A stretch of 64,000 nucleotides of DNA from positions 432,861 through 496,860 of the forward strand of contig NMRA01000236.1 of NCBI GenBank assembly GCA_002633005.1. The letters run 5' to 3'. Positions 1-14,324 of the stretch are shown here, in pieces. The position numbers and the translations under genes were made by a program. Position 1 is the stretch's first letter; every line of letters starts with the position of its first letter. The notes under the pieces were generated by a model. The model searched no databases, was not told where the DNA came from, and saw only the letters and a list, made by a program, of their open reading frames with translations. Origin of the DNA: Phoronis australis. Taxonomy: Eukaryota; Animalia; Phoronida.

Positions 1-136
1 TGATGTTGATGTTCAGCTTGGTGCACTTTGTGTTGTGTCATTCTGATGTTGATGTTCAGCTTGGTGCACTTTGTGTTGTGTCATTCTGATGTTGATGTTC
101 AGCTTGGTGCACTTTGTGTTGTGTCATTCTGATGTT
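1..136. repeat. 43-bp minisatellite, ~3.2 copies (cut by window start)
   Basis: Unit TGATGTTGATGTTCAGCTTGGTGCACTTTGTGTTGTGTCATTC repeated head-to-tail with no spacers. Confidence 0.95.
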
Positions 137-1068
137 CGGATTTTTGAGATTGATTAAGATTACGTAGGATCCTGGGAATATTTCCAAGGCAAACTTTGGA
201 ACATTATATTTTAGATATGACTGATTGGAATAATATGAAATGTCCACGTACCATTTTATGCAGTGCTCTTCGAAGATGATGTCAATAATTATTTTTAAAA
301 TGTTCCACTTTTGCACGAGGGGCTGTCTTAAATAGGACAAAAGTTGCACAAAACGAAAGTGAAATGATAGTTTAGAAAACTACTGTACATAACAGAATTT
401 TTTAGGTTTCATCTTAAACATTTATAGCTGACGAAATTTTGTTGTGTTTTGTTTTGTTATGGATGTACCTTTAGTTTCTTTTTTACTAAATTTCACTGAA
501 AGACATGGGCGCACAAGCCATTTAATAGACATGGGCATTCAAGCCATTTAATAGCTGATTGGTATAAAGTCAAACTTCAACAAGTTCTGCTGGCTTTCTT
601 ATTTCAGAAAATATTTACACATTTGAAATCTATAGTTTTATAGATATTTGGCTAAATAGGTACACAGAACTAGTTATTAAGGTCCTACAAAATCTTAATG
701 TAAGATGTTAGAAATATATTAAATGATTTGATTTACAGTACGTGCTCCATCTTTTATTTTACCAGAGATTTGAATGATCAAATTAGCTTCGTGGCACTAT
801 TCACAATTCCATTTCCTGTTGATGATTTTTTGCTCTAGATAAGTATGAAATATAAAAGCATTCTCAGTAGGGCTATATTAGGGCAGGGTTCTCTTCATAC
901 TTGGACTGTGTGGAGTAGCTCGTCTAGTGATTGTTGTTGTATGTGTTCAGTAGCTCGTTAGCGATTAGTGTTCATCTCCTGTCTAGCTTTTATTTATTAT
1001 CAACAATGAGTGAGCAGCCCAAGTGTGTCCTTTTCTACCTAGTCTTGCTCCTTAGTGCAATACACATC

Positions 1069-1178
1069 GGTAATGGTCACATATAACGTGCCAGCATTTT
1101 GAGAACCAGTTTTCTCCACTGAATAGCGGGCATCAACCTGGTTCTCAAAATATGGGCATGTTATATCTGACTATTGCC
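1069..1178. repeat. Imperfect 41-bp inverted repeat (hairpin/small MITE) in ABHD4/5 intron
   Basis: 1069-1109 vs reverse complement of 1138-1178: 34/41 identical, 28-nt loop. Confidence 0.8.
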
Positions 1179-2591
1179 ATACAGGTCTGATATCCCAGTG
1201 TTCATTGTATCAATGAGTTTTGCGGGTCTAACACTGACTGGGCATTTAAAACTACCCTCCCAGATATAAGACTTGGTAAATTTTCTCAATATAGACTCGT
1301 GAGCCTACTTTCCAAGCCTCAATTATATGTTTCAACAGTTCACATGCTTTCCCTAACAGTGTCATGGAATGTCAAACAAAAGCACGGCTTTGTGAGAAAC
1401 AATTTATTTCAACACGTTCTTGCCTATTTACAAAAAATTAAGTAAAGGTATCGTTTTAATAATCTTTCTTTACTACTTAATTTATATTGATCCTCATCCC
1501 ACGTCGATCTTGACATTTTCTGTTTACAGGCGCCTGTTTCCGGTACTTAACGCATAAAAATATACGCACAAGAATTCCCGATTCAGTGATATGGTTATGG
1601 TAAAAATCTGCAGTCTGGGATTGTGAAAATTAACTATTGTGCTCAAGGTCAGAGCTAATACCAAATTTTAGAAATGGGCAATATTGGCTGTTCCAAATTC
1701 AAGAATCATGAAAAATCATGAATTTTGCACTGGCAGCTTCTTTCAAAGATTTTATCTCCGACTTTGTTGATACAGAATGCACCGTCTGATCATTGAGAAA
1801 TATAATGAACACCATCGATGTTCAAATTTAAAGAATCAGGAAAGTTCAATTTTAACTTGAATTTCGGTGTTTTAAATGGAGAATTTTTATTGCAATATTA
1901 AATATTAATAATAATATACCAGTTATGGTAATTTTGTGTTGAAGTGTTTCAACGATTCGACGACCTGTCACTGTTGACATCATTAAAAAGAAAAACGATC
2001 AGATTTTAATTGATTCGAAGGCAGTGAAATTGATTCTGTGATCTTTCTAAAAGATATTGAAAATTCATGTCAAAGAGGCAAAATCTCCTCAGCCACACTG
2101 AAATCTTCGCCTAGTGTAGCTAACTTTTTCTAGAAAGTCATATACACAGGGCGAAATGTCCTTGGCTGCTAGTAGCAAATACACGGCCGAAATGTTCTTG
2201 GCAGCAAGCAAATCTTTGCCTGATAGTGTAGGTCAGTGTCATCTGTTGTTCACTAAGGAAACTGAACATTCGATGTTTGACCCAGTCACATTTCTCAGAA
2301 TGTTGGCTGATGAGTCCTCGGACATAGCTGTGTCACTCAAGACAGATTTAGAATAAAGTCTTGAATCGAAAAGGTTTGTGATTTATCAATTTTGAAAAAA
2401 AATGAATTCCCTCACTATTGTGTTGTGCCATGTAAGTGCCTGTTTGTGTTGTGATGGACGACCTTTCCTTGGTGATATTCTTTACTTTCTGGTAAATGCA
2501 GCATGTACTGCATTGTGTTGCAATATGTAACTGTTAGTGTTCATTTTGAAACTAAATACCTGTTAATTAAACTTCTGTGTATATTGTACAG

Positions 2592-2789
2592 GTGGTTCCC
2601 GGTGCAAGTCACCATGTGTACGCCGACAAACCTGAGCTGTTCCACAAACTGATGGACGGTGTGTTCGACAAGGCTGACAAAGACATACACAGTCACCAAT
2701 CTGCTGTTACGGAAGAGGATTCATTTGATGACAGTATCGACCACTCGGCCACGGATGACATACAAACATCGCTTGGCGTCGATTTTTAA
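2592..2789 (+). CDS. ABHD4/5: Last coding exon of ABHD4/ABHD5-like alpha/beta-hydrolase (upstream exons lie before the window)
   Basis: Acceptor ttgtacag|GTG, phase 0. VVPGASHHVYADKPELFHKLM matches the recalled ABHD4/5 C-terminal GAxHHVYADxP segment (catalytic His, HxxxxD motif). TAA at 2787-2789. AATAAA candidates at 4013 and 5442. Confidence 0.85.
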   Translation: MVPGASHHVYADKPELFHKLMDGVFDKADKDIHSHQSAVTEEDSFDDSIDHSATDDIQTSLGVDF

Positions 2790-2959
2790 AGGAGGTTCAA
2801 CAAATTTTTTGTTTGGCATGCCTAAGGGTATTTCCTCATGTGAAGTACACCTGCGGAGGCATGCGTCTTTGGTCATGACCAGCGGGGTTCTGATTGAAGC
2901 GAGAGATTATCGATTTGCGACTTGGAGGAATGCAAAGTACATGTAGAATGAGCCAGGGG

Positions 2960-3033
2960 ACATTTGAGGTCCCCACGAGGTTACATTTGAGGTCCCCACG
3001 AGGTTACATTTGAGGTCCCCACGAGGTTACATT
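2960..3033. repeat. 23-bp tandem repeat x3 in ABHD4/5 3' UTR region
   Basis: Unit ACATTTGAGGTCCCCACGAGGTT, exact copies. Confidence 0.9.
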
Positions 3034-4914
3034 CGTGGTAGTTCTCCTTTTATTCTGCACAAAAACAAAATTGTCAGTTTACATTTTTTCAAACATTTAT
3101 TGCGTTGTTGAAAATGTAAATTTTATAAAATGTTGTTTTATGTCATCTACACAGCACAAACCGTGCTAGTAATCAATCACTGATGTGTAGAAATTTGACA
3201 AAATAGAATTTTATTTGTCCGCCATATTGCTTGCTTAACAAGTGAAGAATTCCCATACTTTACACAAAATCATCTTTTTGAAGACATTTTAGTTTGCAAA
3301 AAAACCCAGAAAACTCCAGTTTTGTCACGCACACATTGGTTATTTAGCTAAAAGCTCTCCATTAACTTAAAAAATATGTCAGCTTATGATAGACTGTATG
3401 ATGCTGTTTTGGTAGTTATTTATCATAAAGCCATGGTGAAGCTGTTTTAGGGACATTGTGTGCTAATCAACCTTGAATTTTTGTAAGGTTCATTTTTTAT
3501 GAAGTGGAAGTGTAAAATATCACCCTTAATTATAACCCTTCTAATTTGTAAATATTGTGTTAAAAGGTAAACTTTGAATAATTGCATATTTATCATATCA
3601 AAACACAAATACTATTTACGACTTAATTTTTGAAGGTTTTGTAATTTTCCTCTTTTTGGTTTCAATTTCCTCTTATTTGATTTTCAATTTCCTCGTTTTC
3701 CGTTTCTTTTTATCATTACTTTGACTTTATTCATGCACAATGTTCATTTCACTTAAAAATTTTACAACACAGAAAGTATTTCTGTCACACAAGCCTATCT
3801 CTTTGTGGATCGATACATCATTTGGAAAGTTTTCCTCTTTTTTGTCATTTGTCATTCCAAGCCCTGTTTTTGATCTTCAAAACTATACCGATTTGAACCT
3901 AGCAAAACAGCTATTAGTCCAGTTCTAAAAATTTCAAACACAAAATGTGGTTTGATAACCACTGAAAAGCAATTGACATCGAAAAATCTATTGGTTTGCA
4001 AACTTCAACTCAAATAAATAAATTTTGCATCCATGAATCTTCCTATTAAAGATACCAATGAACATTTACTTGATGCAGTTTTCTACTTTGTGTTATGAGA
4101 GAAATGGTATCTGGCCTTATTGAAAAAATAAAGCAAAAGGTTCCACCCCAAAAAACACAAATCAAAAACTTAAATTCACAAAGCTTAACAAAATGCAGTC
4201 ATCTTAAAATTGCTTGTTAACCGTACATGTAACACAGTCCCAGCTTCACCACACGAAAGCAGGATATAAATAGAGCAACTACAGTATGTAATGCACCATG
4301 TGTTTTATCAATATATTAGAAGTTTTTAGTTTAAACAAAATTAAACTCATGCTTTCTATCAAAGAACAAGTTTTGCGTTTGGCCTCTTACCACAACATTG
4401 CTTGTCTTGTTTCAGTTGAGAATTGATCTCTGGGCAGGAACTGATGATTATTTCTTTATACTAACAGAGATTGTAAAATTTCAAGCCGTGCTTCATCTGA
4501 AGAAATAAGCTGTCAACATTTTCCAAGCCCAGAAATCAACACCTGTTTTGACACGGGCAATTTGACACCAATTTCACTACAGTAAGAGGATTAAAATATT
4601 TTTTGATTGAAGGTATAGGCTAAATGCCACATTTAAATGTTGATGCATGTTTAGATACAATATTGTTTGTTGTGTTCTTATAGTGTATTGTTTTGTAATC
4701 TATCTACACTTGTTGGTATTACAAAAAGGTTGTTTGTCAACACCACAAATTTCTTCAGGGATATTTGTTGTAGAATGCAGTGTTTGCTAGAGGCCGAGTG
4801 TTTGTGCAAGTCAACTCAATTAAGCTTAAGCAGACATTCTTTGAGTTTTACTTGTTGGGTGCACCATAAAGTACAGTACAAGTCAAAGACAGACAAAATG
4901 ACTTAGAATTCCCC

Positions 4915-5090
4915 GTTACAATGGCTGGGCGGAAGCCAAATTCATTGTCAAAATGTCGTCTTCCTCCACAACAGAGAATCATGAGGAATTAACAAGTTAT
5001 TAAGGTGACTGTGTGGATTAGGCCACCCAAATATTACTGGTAATTTCTGCAATTAACGGAATTGCCCTTCATGACGGGGAAAACGGTATT
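4915..5090 (+). mobile_element. Short dispersed repeat (unclassified MITE/SINE), also at ~7155-7330 (-) and ~25983-26125 (+)
   Basis: Shared core ATGGCTGGGC(A/G)GAAGC(C/T)(G/A)AAT and similar downstream sequence in three places. Confidence 0.55.
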
Positions 5091-8000
5091 TTGTCCGATT
5101 ACTTTTGCCTTGCAATGTGCATGCAATATCAACTGTTTATAGGTATTCTTACGAGATCTGCAGTCTTGTGCACAAGCCACAATGACCGTATTTACTAACT
5201 AAGGGAGTGAAGACCAATTATGTTCCTTGTATTTTCCATTTGTCACAAGATTTGTAGCTTTTTTCCATTGTACGTTTTACAGTATCCCGTTTTGTTGTCA
5301 TTAGACTTTTGATTTCACAGACCTTATTGGACCCCAGTGTTAGGAATTGCAGGGCAAACACTGAAATTGTACCATGTCAAGTGATTTTCAACTAATTTGT
5401 TTAATATTAGAATAATTTATTTATTATAAATATCTTAAAACAATAAAGTTGATATTATTTGATATCAGATCTTGCTCTTGATCTGTTATGAGTAACTAAG
5501 CTTTGATAAATAACAAAATTCACAGCTGTAAGAAAATAAAGCATTGTTTATTCTTAAAGCAGTTTATGCACCTGCCTTCCATCACAAAAGAAAACAATTA
5601 TTGATCTAAACCACTCACCACCCTGAAATCCCTTGGTCTCTTGTCAAAGCAGCCATGCCAGCTATGTTACAACTTGATGTCAGGCCAAACATGTTGACTT
5701 TTTTATTGCAGCATGCCATTTTATTCCCAGAACCTGTTCTTGGCAAACCCACAAATGCATGCTGTAAACATCCCCTTTAGAGATAAGGATCACTTTGCAG
5801 AAATTCTAAATATTTCTCCAATGTCACATAGTCAGCTGGACCAATTCTATCCACATTCCATTCACAATAGGAGAATAGTTATCAATAGTGACTATTCACT
5901 AGGTCACATAGTGAGGCTAATTGCTGTTTCGTATCAAATTGTATCTAAATAGAAGGCTTGAAAGCATTCAGATTCTATTTTTCTTTTTTAGACATGAAAA
6001 TCCATGGAAACTATAAAATTGGAACATGGGGGCTGGAGTAAAAATTAGACTACGTGGGCTCTAGAATTTTCGAAATCAGCCACGTAATGGCAATTTTGCC
6101 AACAAAAAACCAAGCCATGAGCTAATTATTGGAAAGTAGTTTCCATCATGGCATATAAATATAATTAACTGCAACACTAACTCACAGTAGAACCTATTCC
6201 TGAAATGTGGATAAACCAAATTCTGGTTAACTTGGATCTCCTAAAGGGAATGTTCACAACAAGTCATTTGTCTTGTAAATAATGAAAGAGTTGAGATCTA
6301 TGTTATAGCAGCCAGTAACTAGTCTTAATCCAAACTTTGTTTTGGGCGGAGAGTGGGTTCATAATTATTTTGAGATAATCTCTAGCTGCAGAAGTACCTG
6401 TCCCAAATATGCAACTCAAGTGACATGAAATGTTTTATTGTGAACAGAAAACAGGTCACAAAAGCCTTTTTAAAACCTGAAGACTTGACAGATGATGTGT
6501 ACAATTTGCTCAAATTCAGAATAGCCCATCAATCTACTATGATCTCAGTATAGAATAAACTCTTGCAAATCACTAAATAGTGATTAAGAAATCTGCACAA
6601 CAAAAGCTGAAACCAACCCTACGAACCACTGACTCGTGTCAAAGAGAATACTAGCATCTTAAACTGCTGCAGAATCGCTCAATTTCTATAATTCTGATTT
6701 TGGAAATTCAACATAGGTTGTTAAGACCATGAACTTCTTTAAAACATCCAAGAGTTGAACTTTAAAATCAGCAGAAGTTAAGTTAAACCCTAGGATGTTT
6801 TATAAGAAATTCATAGTCAGCAGAAGTTAAGTTAAACCCTAGGATGTTTTATAAGAAATTCATAGTCAGATCATGAAGACATCCACATCGGAGTTTTTTC
6901 GGTGAGAAACATTGGTTTCATTTCGCGAAACTAGTTTTTTAGTTCGAGACTTGATTCAGTGGTTCTGGTGAATGATTTTAGCACTCAATACATCAAATAA
7001 ATTATACTTATAACACCTCAACTGAAACGCGCAGTACCATAGAGAATATAGAATACTTCATTGAGTGTACCCAGTAAACAAGACATTACCAGAAAGAGAC
7101 AATTATACTAAGCATTGCAATTAAAACTTCAAAGTCTTTACCATAAAATTATACCGGTACAGTTCTGTTGACCGGAAAACTGACTGGTAATAACTATTAG
7201 GGCAGCAAAATGCCAATTGCAGAATGGCTTAGCCACTTTACAAACTTTCCTGCCAATTACCCTGCATTCTTGGTCATAACGGAAGACTGCTCTGGTGAGG
7301 CATTCGGCTTCTGCCCAGCCATCATGACGAAGTATTTGTGGTCATTGAATATGTACACTTTTGGTTAGTACTGTAGACTATTAAATAACTCAAAAATATT
7401 TTGTAAATCCTTCAGGCACATTACATTGTTGATTGTAACTTACTAGTAATGTTTTTGGGGGCTAGTCATACAAGGATGCAATTAATGATGCAGGGCGTTT
7501 TGAGGTTTGGCACGTGCTGGTGATTGAGATGGTTTGGCAATGTGCTGGTGATTGAGATGGTTTGGCAATGTGCTGGCGCTTGAGCCATTGATGAAATCAA
7601 GGTTAACTTTTTAAGTTTCAAGAAGAATGAAGATTGGAAATCAACTGTCACTGCTGATATGTTTCATTTTCCATCAGCTAAACACAGACTACTGACGGTA
7701 ATGCAGTAACACAGAGGTAAAGCAGTAACACAGAGGTAATGCATCCCATCACAACACCTATAGCACTACTGTAAGGCAAAACATGGGCCTTGTAAAAAGT
7801 TGGAAAGGAACACAATTTGATTATTACAAATTGAAACTTTCATGATGTAAAGCATGGTGATGCAGGTCATGTTACGAAAGTCTCATAAAGGTGAGGCTAT
7901 GTGACATGTCACGGAGACAAGCTGATTGTGACAGATACACACAGAAGATGGGTGATATCCATCAACTAAAAACTTTTCAAGGCTTTTGTCAAGCATGACG

Positions 8001-9652
8001 CCGAAGGTAGAGTAACTAAGGTCTCACACAGGTGAGGCTCTGCTACATGTCATGGTGACAAGACGATTGCATGGTCTAAGATTCCAGTTCCCACGGGTAA
8101 GAGGAGTACTCACATTACTATGTGTGTGTGTGGATGAGAACTTGGGAATTTTTTGGTAAGTCAAGATGACACAGGTAGTGTACATGTGATTGACTGCACA
8201 TACCCAGTTGCCTGCATGTGTGGATGAGACTTTGAATATTTGGCGATATCAGGGTGACCCACACGTGTGTACGTGATTGACTTCACACAGACTATTTTCT
8301 GCACACCAAGAACTAACAATGTGTCAGTCTCAATTATGAATCTGTACTCACAAAAATGAAAGGTCAATCCCCAGCTTTTAAGGCTACTACGTGGAATTAA
8401 AACAAAAATTTGCTCCAGTCATGTCATCCACAAGAGCGTGTCTGCATGAGCAGGGAAGACAGCATAATGCACCCGCATAAATTACGTGCAATCTATGGTA
8501 AAATCTCGACCTGAAGACACAACATGGCCAGAAAGCGAAACCTTCTTCATTTCAATACTCCACTGCGCCATATTATGAATGTATGTCTAAGGCACTTGCT
8601 GCCTGGGGTTAACCAAGTACTCAAATCACCATCTACGCGTCTATGAGAACACACAGATAAGAGGATTTAACAAGAACTGGCTCATAATGCCAGATAGGCA
8701 ATGTAAAAGGAAGATGTGCACTGATTACAACAATTAATATGGTTGCAATATATGCGTAGATGAGAACAGAGAACATCTGGTGTCAGGGAAAGCCCCGGTC
8801 GTGTCCATGTAATAGACTGCACACGGCTCTAATTTTGGATTGGAACCTTGCACTCATCAAACTCAAAATATTTTTAATAAATCACATCTTCATTAAGAAT
8901 CTGTACCAATAAAAATCCAGGGTCAATGATCCTTGACATCCCTGGCTCTTGAACCAAGTGATCGTCAGGTATTACTCAACACGAAAGACCATTTTTGAGA
9001 CTAGGGGATGGAGTTCAAGGCATTTATCATCACCATTACTATAGTAAAAACAAATAATGGGTATTTGAACAAACTGGAAATGTGCCGCTATCCATTGTTA
9101 TAAAATGAAATTTTCTTGATATTGGCAACTACGATGTGTTAAGTTGTTTTGAGGTCTCACATATGTGAGAGCATATTACATGTCACACCGATCAGCTCAT
9201 AGTATCAAATAGTCACAGGGGGCGCTTGAAGTTCATTCTTAATAATGAACGACTGTATTAAGACACCATCTGTCTGGAGCTAAAGGAGGGCTCACGTGAC
9301 TATTTATGTATGGAAGAGAACTGGTGACGAGTCAAACGTAACCTCACTAATAACTAATTTTTGTGATCATTTCAAGTATGATGCCACAGGTCAACTGGTG
9401 AAGATCTCACACAGGTGTGGTGTTATTACATGTCACATTGACCATCTCATAGTAAACAGAGTCAGTGTGAACGGTTGAAGATCACAGATTGTGAATGTAC
9501 CGTCCAAGACACCTGCTGGCTGGGGCTAACTAAATATTCATGTCAATATGTACATGTGGATGAAAACAGGTGTGAGTTCACCGATTATGACTGTACAGTC
9601 TAGTTGCTTGCTCCTTGGTAAATTGGGTACTCACATCTCTATGTATTTATAG

Positions 9653-10190
9653 GTGAATTTAAACAATGATGCTTTGATATTGACATAGAGGATTGGAGAA
9701 ACAATATTTTTTCTCAATCTTTAGATGTTGACAAAACAATTAAATGTAACTTTGTAGTAGAAAAATACATAACATGTTTAGAAAATAGACTTCATAGAAT
9801 AGCCCTTGCAAGGTTTAGATGCTCCGCACATTCATTAACGTTTATCCAGGGAAGGTTCAGTGGATTTGACAGAGAAGACAGATTATGTCCCTGCTGTGAC
9901 AATGGGAAAGTGGAAACAGAATTCCACTTTCTTCTCAAATGCAATTTATATTCGGATCTACGAGTGCGGTTTTTACCAAGGCACGATAAGGTGGAAGATA
10001 TAGTATTCAGAAATTTTCTAGACTCATGACTTAAATGTTCTGAGAAAAGTTGCTAGATATTTAATTAATGCGGAGAAACGTGGAAACGAGTTCCTTGATA
10101 TGAATTAATTTAGACCTTAAAAATTATTGTACCCTCTTTGTGTTATATGCTGTAATGTGGGCCGGAGGCCTGTTACATGAAATAAACCTA
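9653..10190 (+). mobile_element. 5'-truncated non-LTR retrotransposon 3' end (RTE-X-like C-terminal CCHC domain)
   Basis: From 9781: ENRLHRIALARFRCSAHSLTFIQGRFSGFDREDRLCPCCDNGKVETEFHFLLKCNLYSDLR, followed by AATAAA at ~10181. Interrupts a repeat unit that is intact at ~11341-11375. Clade assignment is from recall. Confidence 0.8.
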
Positions 10191-13100
10191 CATAGATGGG
10201 AACACAGAACATCTGATCATAAGTCAGGGGAAGCCCCGGTCGTGTCCATATAATAGACTTCACACGGCTCTAGTTCTGCAGTCTGCAAGCCTTGTACTCA
10301 GCAAATTCAAACACTTTAGATTTAATCACTTCATTAAGAATGTATAACAATTAAAATTCCGAGGTAAAAAATACTTGACATGCCCTGGCTCTCAAATAAG
10401 GTGACCATCAAGCACTGCCTAACTCGCATGTCCAATATCAAGACTAGGGTAGGCAGTTCAAGCCATTTATCATCGCCATAACTATGATACGAATAAATAA
10501 TGGGTCTTTGAACAAACTAGAAATGTACTGCTCTCCACACTACACACCACTCTAATTTTACAAGATTAAAACCTTGATCTCATCAAACTTAAAAATTTTA
10601 AATTAAATCACTTCATAAAGAATTCTCATTCTGTACCCATAAAACTCCAATGTCAATGATCTTTGACATCCCCTGACTCTTAAACCAAGTGATTGTCAGG
10701 TACTGCTCAACACGAAAGACCATTTTTGAGACTGGGGGATGGAGTTCAAGACATTTATCATCACCATTACTATAGTAAAAACAAATAATGGGTCTTGAAA
10801 CAAGCTGAAAACAAACTGCTCTCCATTGTCATAAAATGAAATTTTCTTGATGTTGGCAACTATGATGCCCTAAGTTGTTTTGAGGTCTCACATATGTGAG
10901 AGCATGTTACATGTTGTGTCGAAAGGGATGCACCACTGCTTCAAAGCGCGTGACGTTGTAGCAAAGCGAGAGGAAATGGACCCAAAGAACTTAACTTTAG
11001 GAATTACTGGGTCCAAGTGCTATAATCTCTGTAGAAAGAAAGCTGTAAAGGGGGGCATTGACAATGAAGATTTGGCACGTGGGCAATACATTGAGTCAAA
11101 TAGGGGTGACCACAGAAAGACCCCTGCTGCATGGGGCTAACTGAAAGCTAATATCAAGACGTATAGGTGAATGGGAACAGGTAAATGTACATAACATGTC
11201 ACATGGGCTGGATCACAATGCATACAGAACATGTCACATGGGCTAGATCACAATGCAACCTATGCAGTAAGGATGTGGGTTAACCGATTATGACTGTACG
11301 GTCTAGTCGCCTGCTCCCTTGATAGATTGAGTGCTCACATCTCTTTGTATTTATAGACGGGAACACAGAACATCTGATGGTAAGTCAGGAGAAGCCCCGG
11401 TCGTGTCCATATAATAGACTTCACACGGCCCTAGTTCTGCAGTCTGAGAACCTTGCACTCAGCAAATTCAAACAATTTAGATTTAATCACTTCATTAAGT
11501 ATCTACACCTATAAAAATTCGAGGTCATGACTATGTATGTGTGGAAGAGAACTGGTGACAAGTCAAAAGTAACCCCACAATCCTGTCAATTTTTCATGAT
11601 CATGTCAAGTATGATGCCGTAGGTCAACTGGTGAAGATCTCACACAGGTGTGGTTTTATTACATGTCACATCGTCCAGCTCATAGTAAAATCAGTCAGGG
11701 TGAATGTATTGTCTAAGTTTCCTGTTGCCTGGGGCTAACTGAATATTCATGTCATGTGCATGTGGATGGGAACAGGTATAAGTGTAGAAAGAATGTCACA
11801 TGGGCTGGATCACAATGCCTTCTACACAATTTGGATGTACGTTCACCGATTTGACTGTACAGTCTTGCTGCCTGCTCCCTTGGGCAGAATGAGTGCTCAC
11901 AACTCTATGTATCATGTATGTACAGATAGGAACACAGAACAGCTGGTAGTAAGTCAGGGGTGACCACACTTGTGTGAATTTTTCCTGATGATGTCTAGTA
12001 GGTTGCAGTGGGATATAAAACACCGGTGTGGTATCAAAACATGTAACATTGGCCAGCTCAAAATGATAGTCAGAGTGGACGGTCAAAATTCACGGATTAC
12101 GAATACATGGTCTAAGAAATCTGCTGCCTGGTACTGCATGAGTACTCACATCACTAAGTGTGTATGGGGGATAGGTGGATGAGAGCTTGGGCCACCTGGT
12201 GGTAAGTCTAGGTAACTCCGGTCGTGTACATGTGATTGACTGCACATAGCCAGTTGTCTACCGTCTCAGAACCTTGACAAAATAAATTCACTCAGATTTA
12301 GTTCATTAAGAACATGTACTGAGAAAGAAGTGACAAGTTGGAAAGGAACGGTGTTCCATTGTTAAACATTGAATTTTTCATGTTGTCTACTCGTGAGATA
12401 AAGGTCTCAAACATGTGGACATAGTACGTGTCACATAGTCCAATTCATTGTGACAGTTACACCCTGTGGACAGGTGATGTTCACAGATTACGACTAACTG
12501 GGCGAAGACGCCCGGTTCCTCAGGCAGAATGAGTACCGACATCGCCATGTGTGTATGAATAACTCAGGACGGCTGATGGTTACTCAGACTCCTCTCGTGT
12601 GTATGTGATTGACTACACACAGGTTGTCTTAAGTCTCCCTAACACACAGGTTGTCTGAAGTCTCCCTAACACACAGGTTGTCTGAAGTCTCCCTAACACA
12701 CAAAAAATACACTGTTTGATCACTCTTCATTGGGCCATTTCAAATTTCGCATGTAAGAAAAGGAACGATTCAATAGAAAGATTGCCTGTAATTGTTAGAT
12801 TAGTTAACTTTAGTTAGTAAATTGAAAATTTTTGAGAGACATTTTCACTTAAGTGCTGTAGACTATGATAAGTTTCAGAAAGATTAACAAAAAGGCGAGT
12901 GCCCTCATTTACGACATGTAACCAAGTGGACCAATAGAATTTCAAATTTTGAGAAAGGAAATATATTTGAAGTTACTCAAAAAAATCAAACCCATTGCAT
13001 TTAATTGATGAATCCAATTGTCATCATGTGACATTGATGCTAAAAGTAACACTTCTTGCATTTTGGGATAAATCCAAAAAAAGCTGAAGCCACTTAGTGT

Positions 13101-14324
13101 AATGGAGGGAATGTTACAGAGGGTATATTTTTGTCACTTTGGCAAAATGGAATATTTCAGCATTAAAACTCACTCACTTCCACTGTTTCTATAAATGAGT
13201 ATATAATAATGAAATAAACTTTTCCCTCCCATTTCGTAACGGAGGGGACATTTTGAAATTGATCACGTCTCATAATAAGTATGATCATAAATTATTTCTA
13301 AAAAAATCTATCCTGCCACAAATAAAATTGAGGCTAAACATGGCACAACACTTTTAAATGAATTTCAATTGCACTATAGAAAGTTATGGCATTAAATAAA
13401 ATGTCCCTTCCAATAGTCTTTTAGGGTTGTGTGCAACCTTTTGTGATGTAAAAACCCCAAACAGGTTTTTTAATTACATCACGAAAATTCAGGGTCTTGT
13501 TAATGCAGAACCAGTTTCTGAAACGAGTTTTCCAAAATTATTTTCAATTTTCTATGCTCATTTTACTGCGGAATCACCCCATTATGAATCTGTATACCCA
13601 CAAAAATTCGAGGTCAAGGGTCCTCAACTCCATGGCTATTACACTACAAAATTTCACGCACTAACTCACCTGGACAGACACATAATTTTATGCAGTACAC
13701 TCTTAGTTAAAACCGCAGAGGTTAACAAAATCACGACATCAGGTTTTGATAGTGGATTTGCCCATTTAGGAAAATGCGTTGTCTACTTACATTGGGAAGT
13801 GACTGAAATCATTGAAAACATTTCTACTCAGACAATCACTATTACTATCATGTCAGTAAAAAGTAACCACGGCTCTTGAAACAAGTTGGAAACTAACACC
13901 ATTCCAATTTTAAAAATTTAATTTTTATGATATTGTCGAACATGATGCTTCAAGTCGTGTGATGAAGATATCACACAGGTGAGGGTATATCACGTTACAT
14001 GGGCCACCTCACAGTGCTACGTACACACTGCATACGGGTGATGTCCACTGACTTTGATTGTAAGGTCCACAGCAACTAAGGCTGAATAAGTACTCATATT
14101 AATAAGTGAGGATGAGAACTTAAAACATTTGGTGACAAGTCAAGATGGATCCGGCTGTGAATATGCGATTGGCTACAACTAGCCGGTTGTCTGCAGTCTC
14201 ACAACCTTGCACAAACCAAATTTACTCAGTTTTGGTTCATCAAGAACCTGTACCCATAAAAAGCAAGGTGATTCATTCTCGACTTCCCGTGAGCCATGTG
14301 ACCATCTGGGGGTAACTGCAATGA

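Noticed and set aside
13427-13879. 150-aa ORF
   Set aside because: Non-ATG start, no recognisable domain, lies in AT-rich repeat-like sequence interrupting the propeller array.
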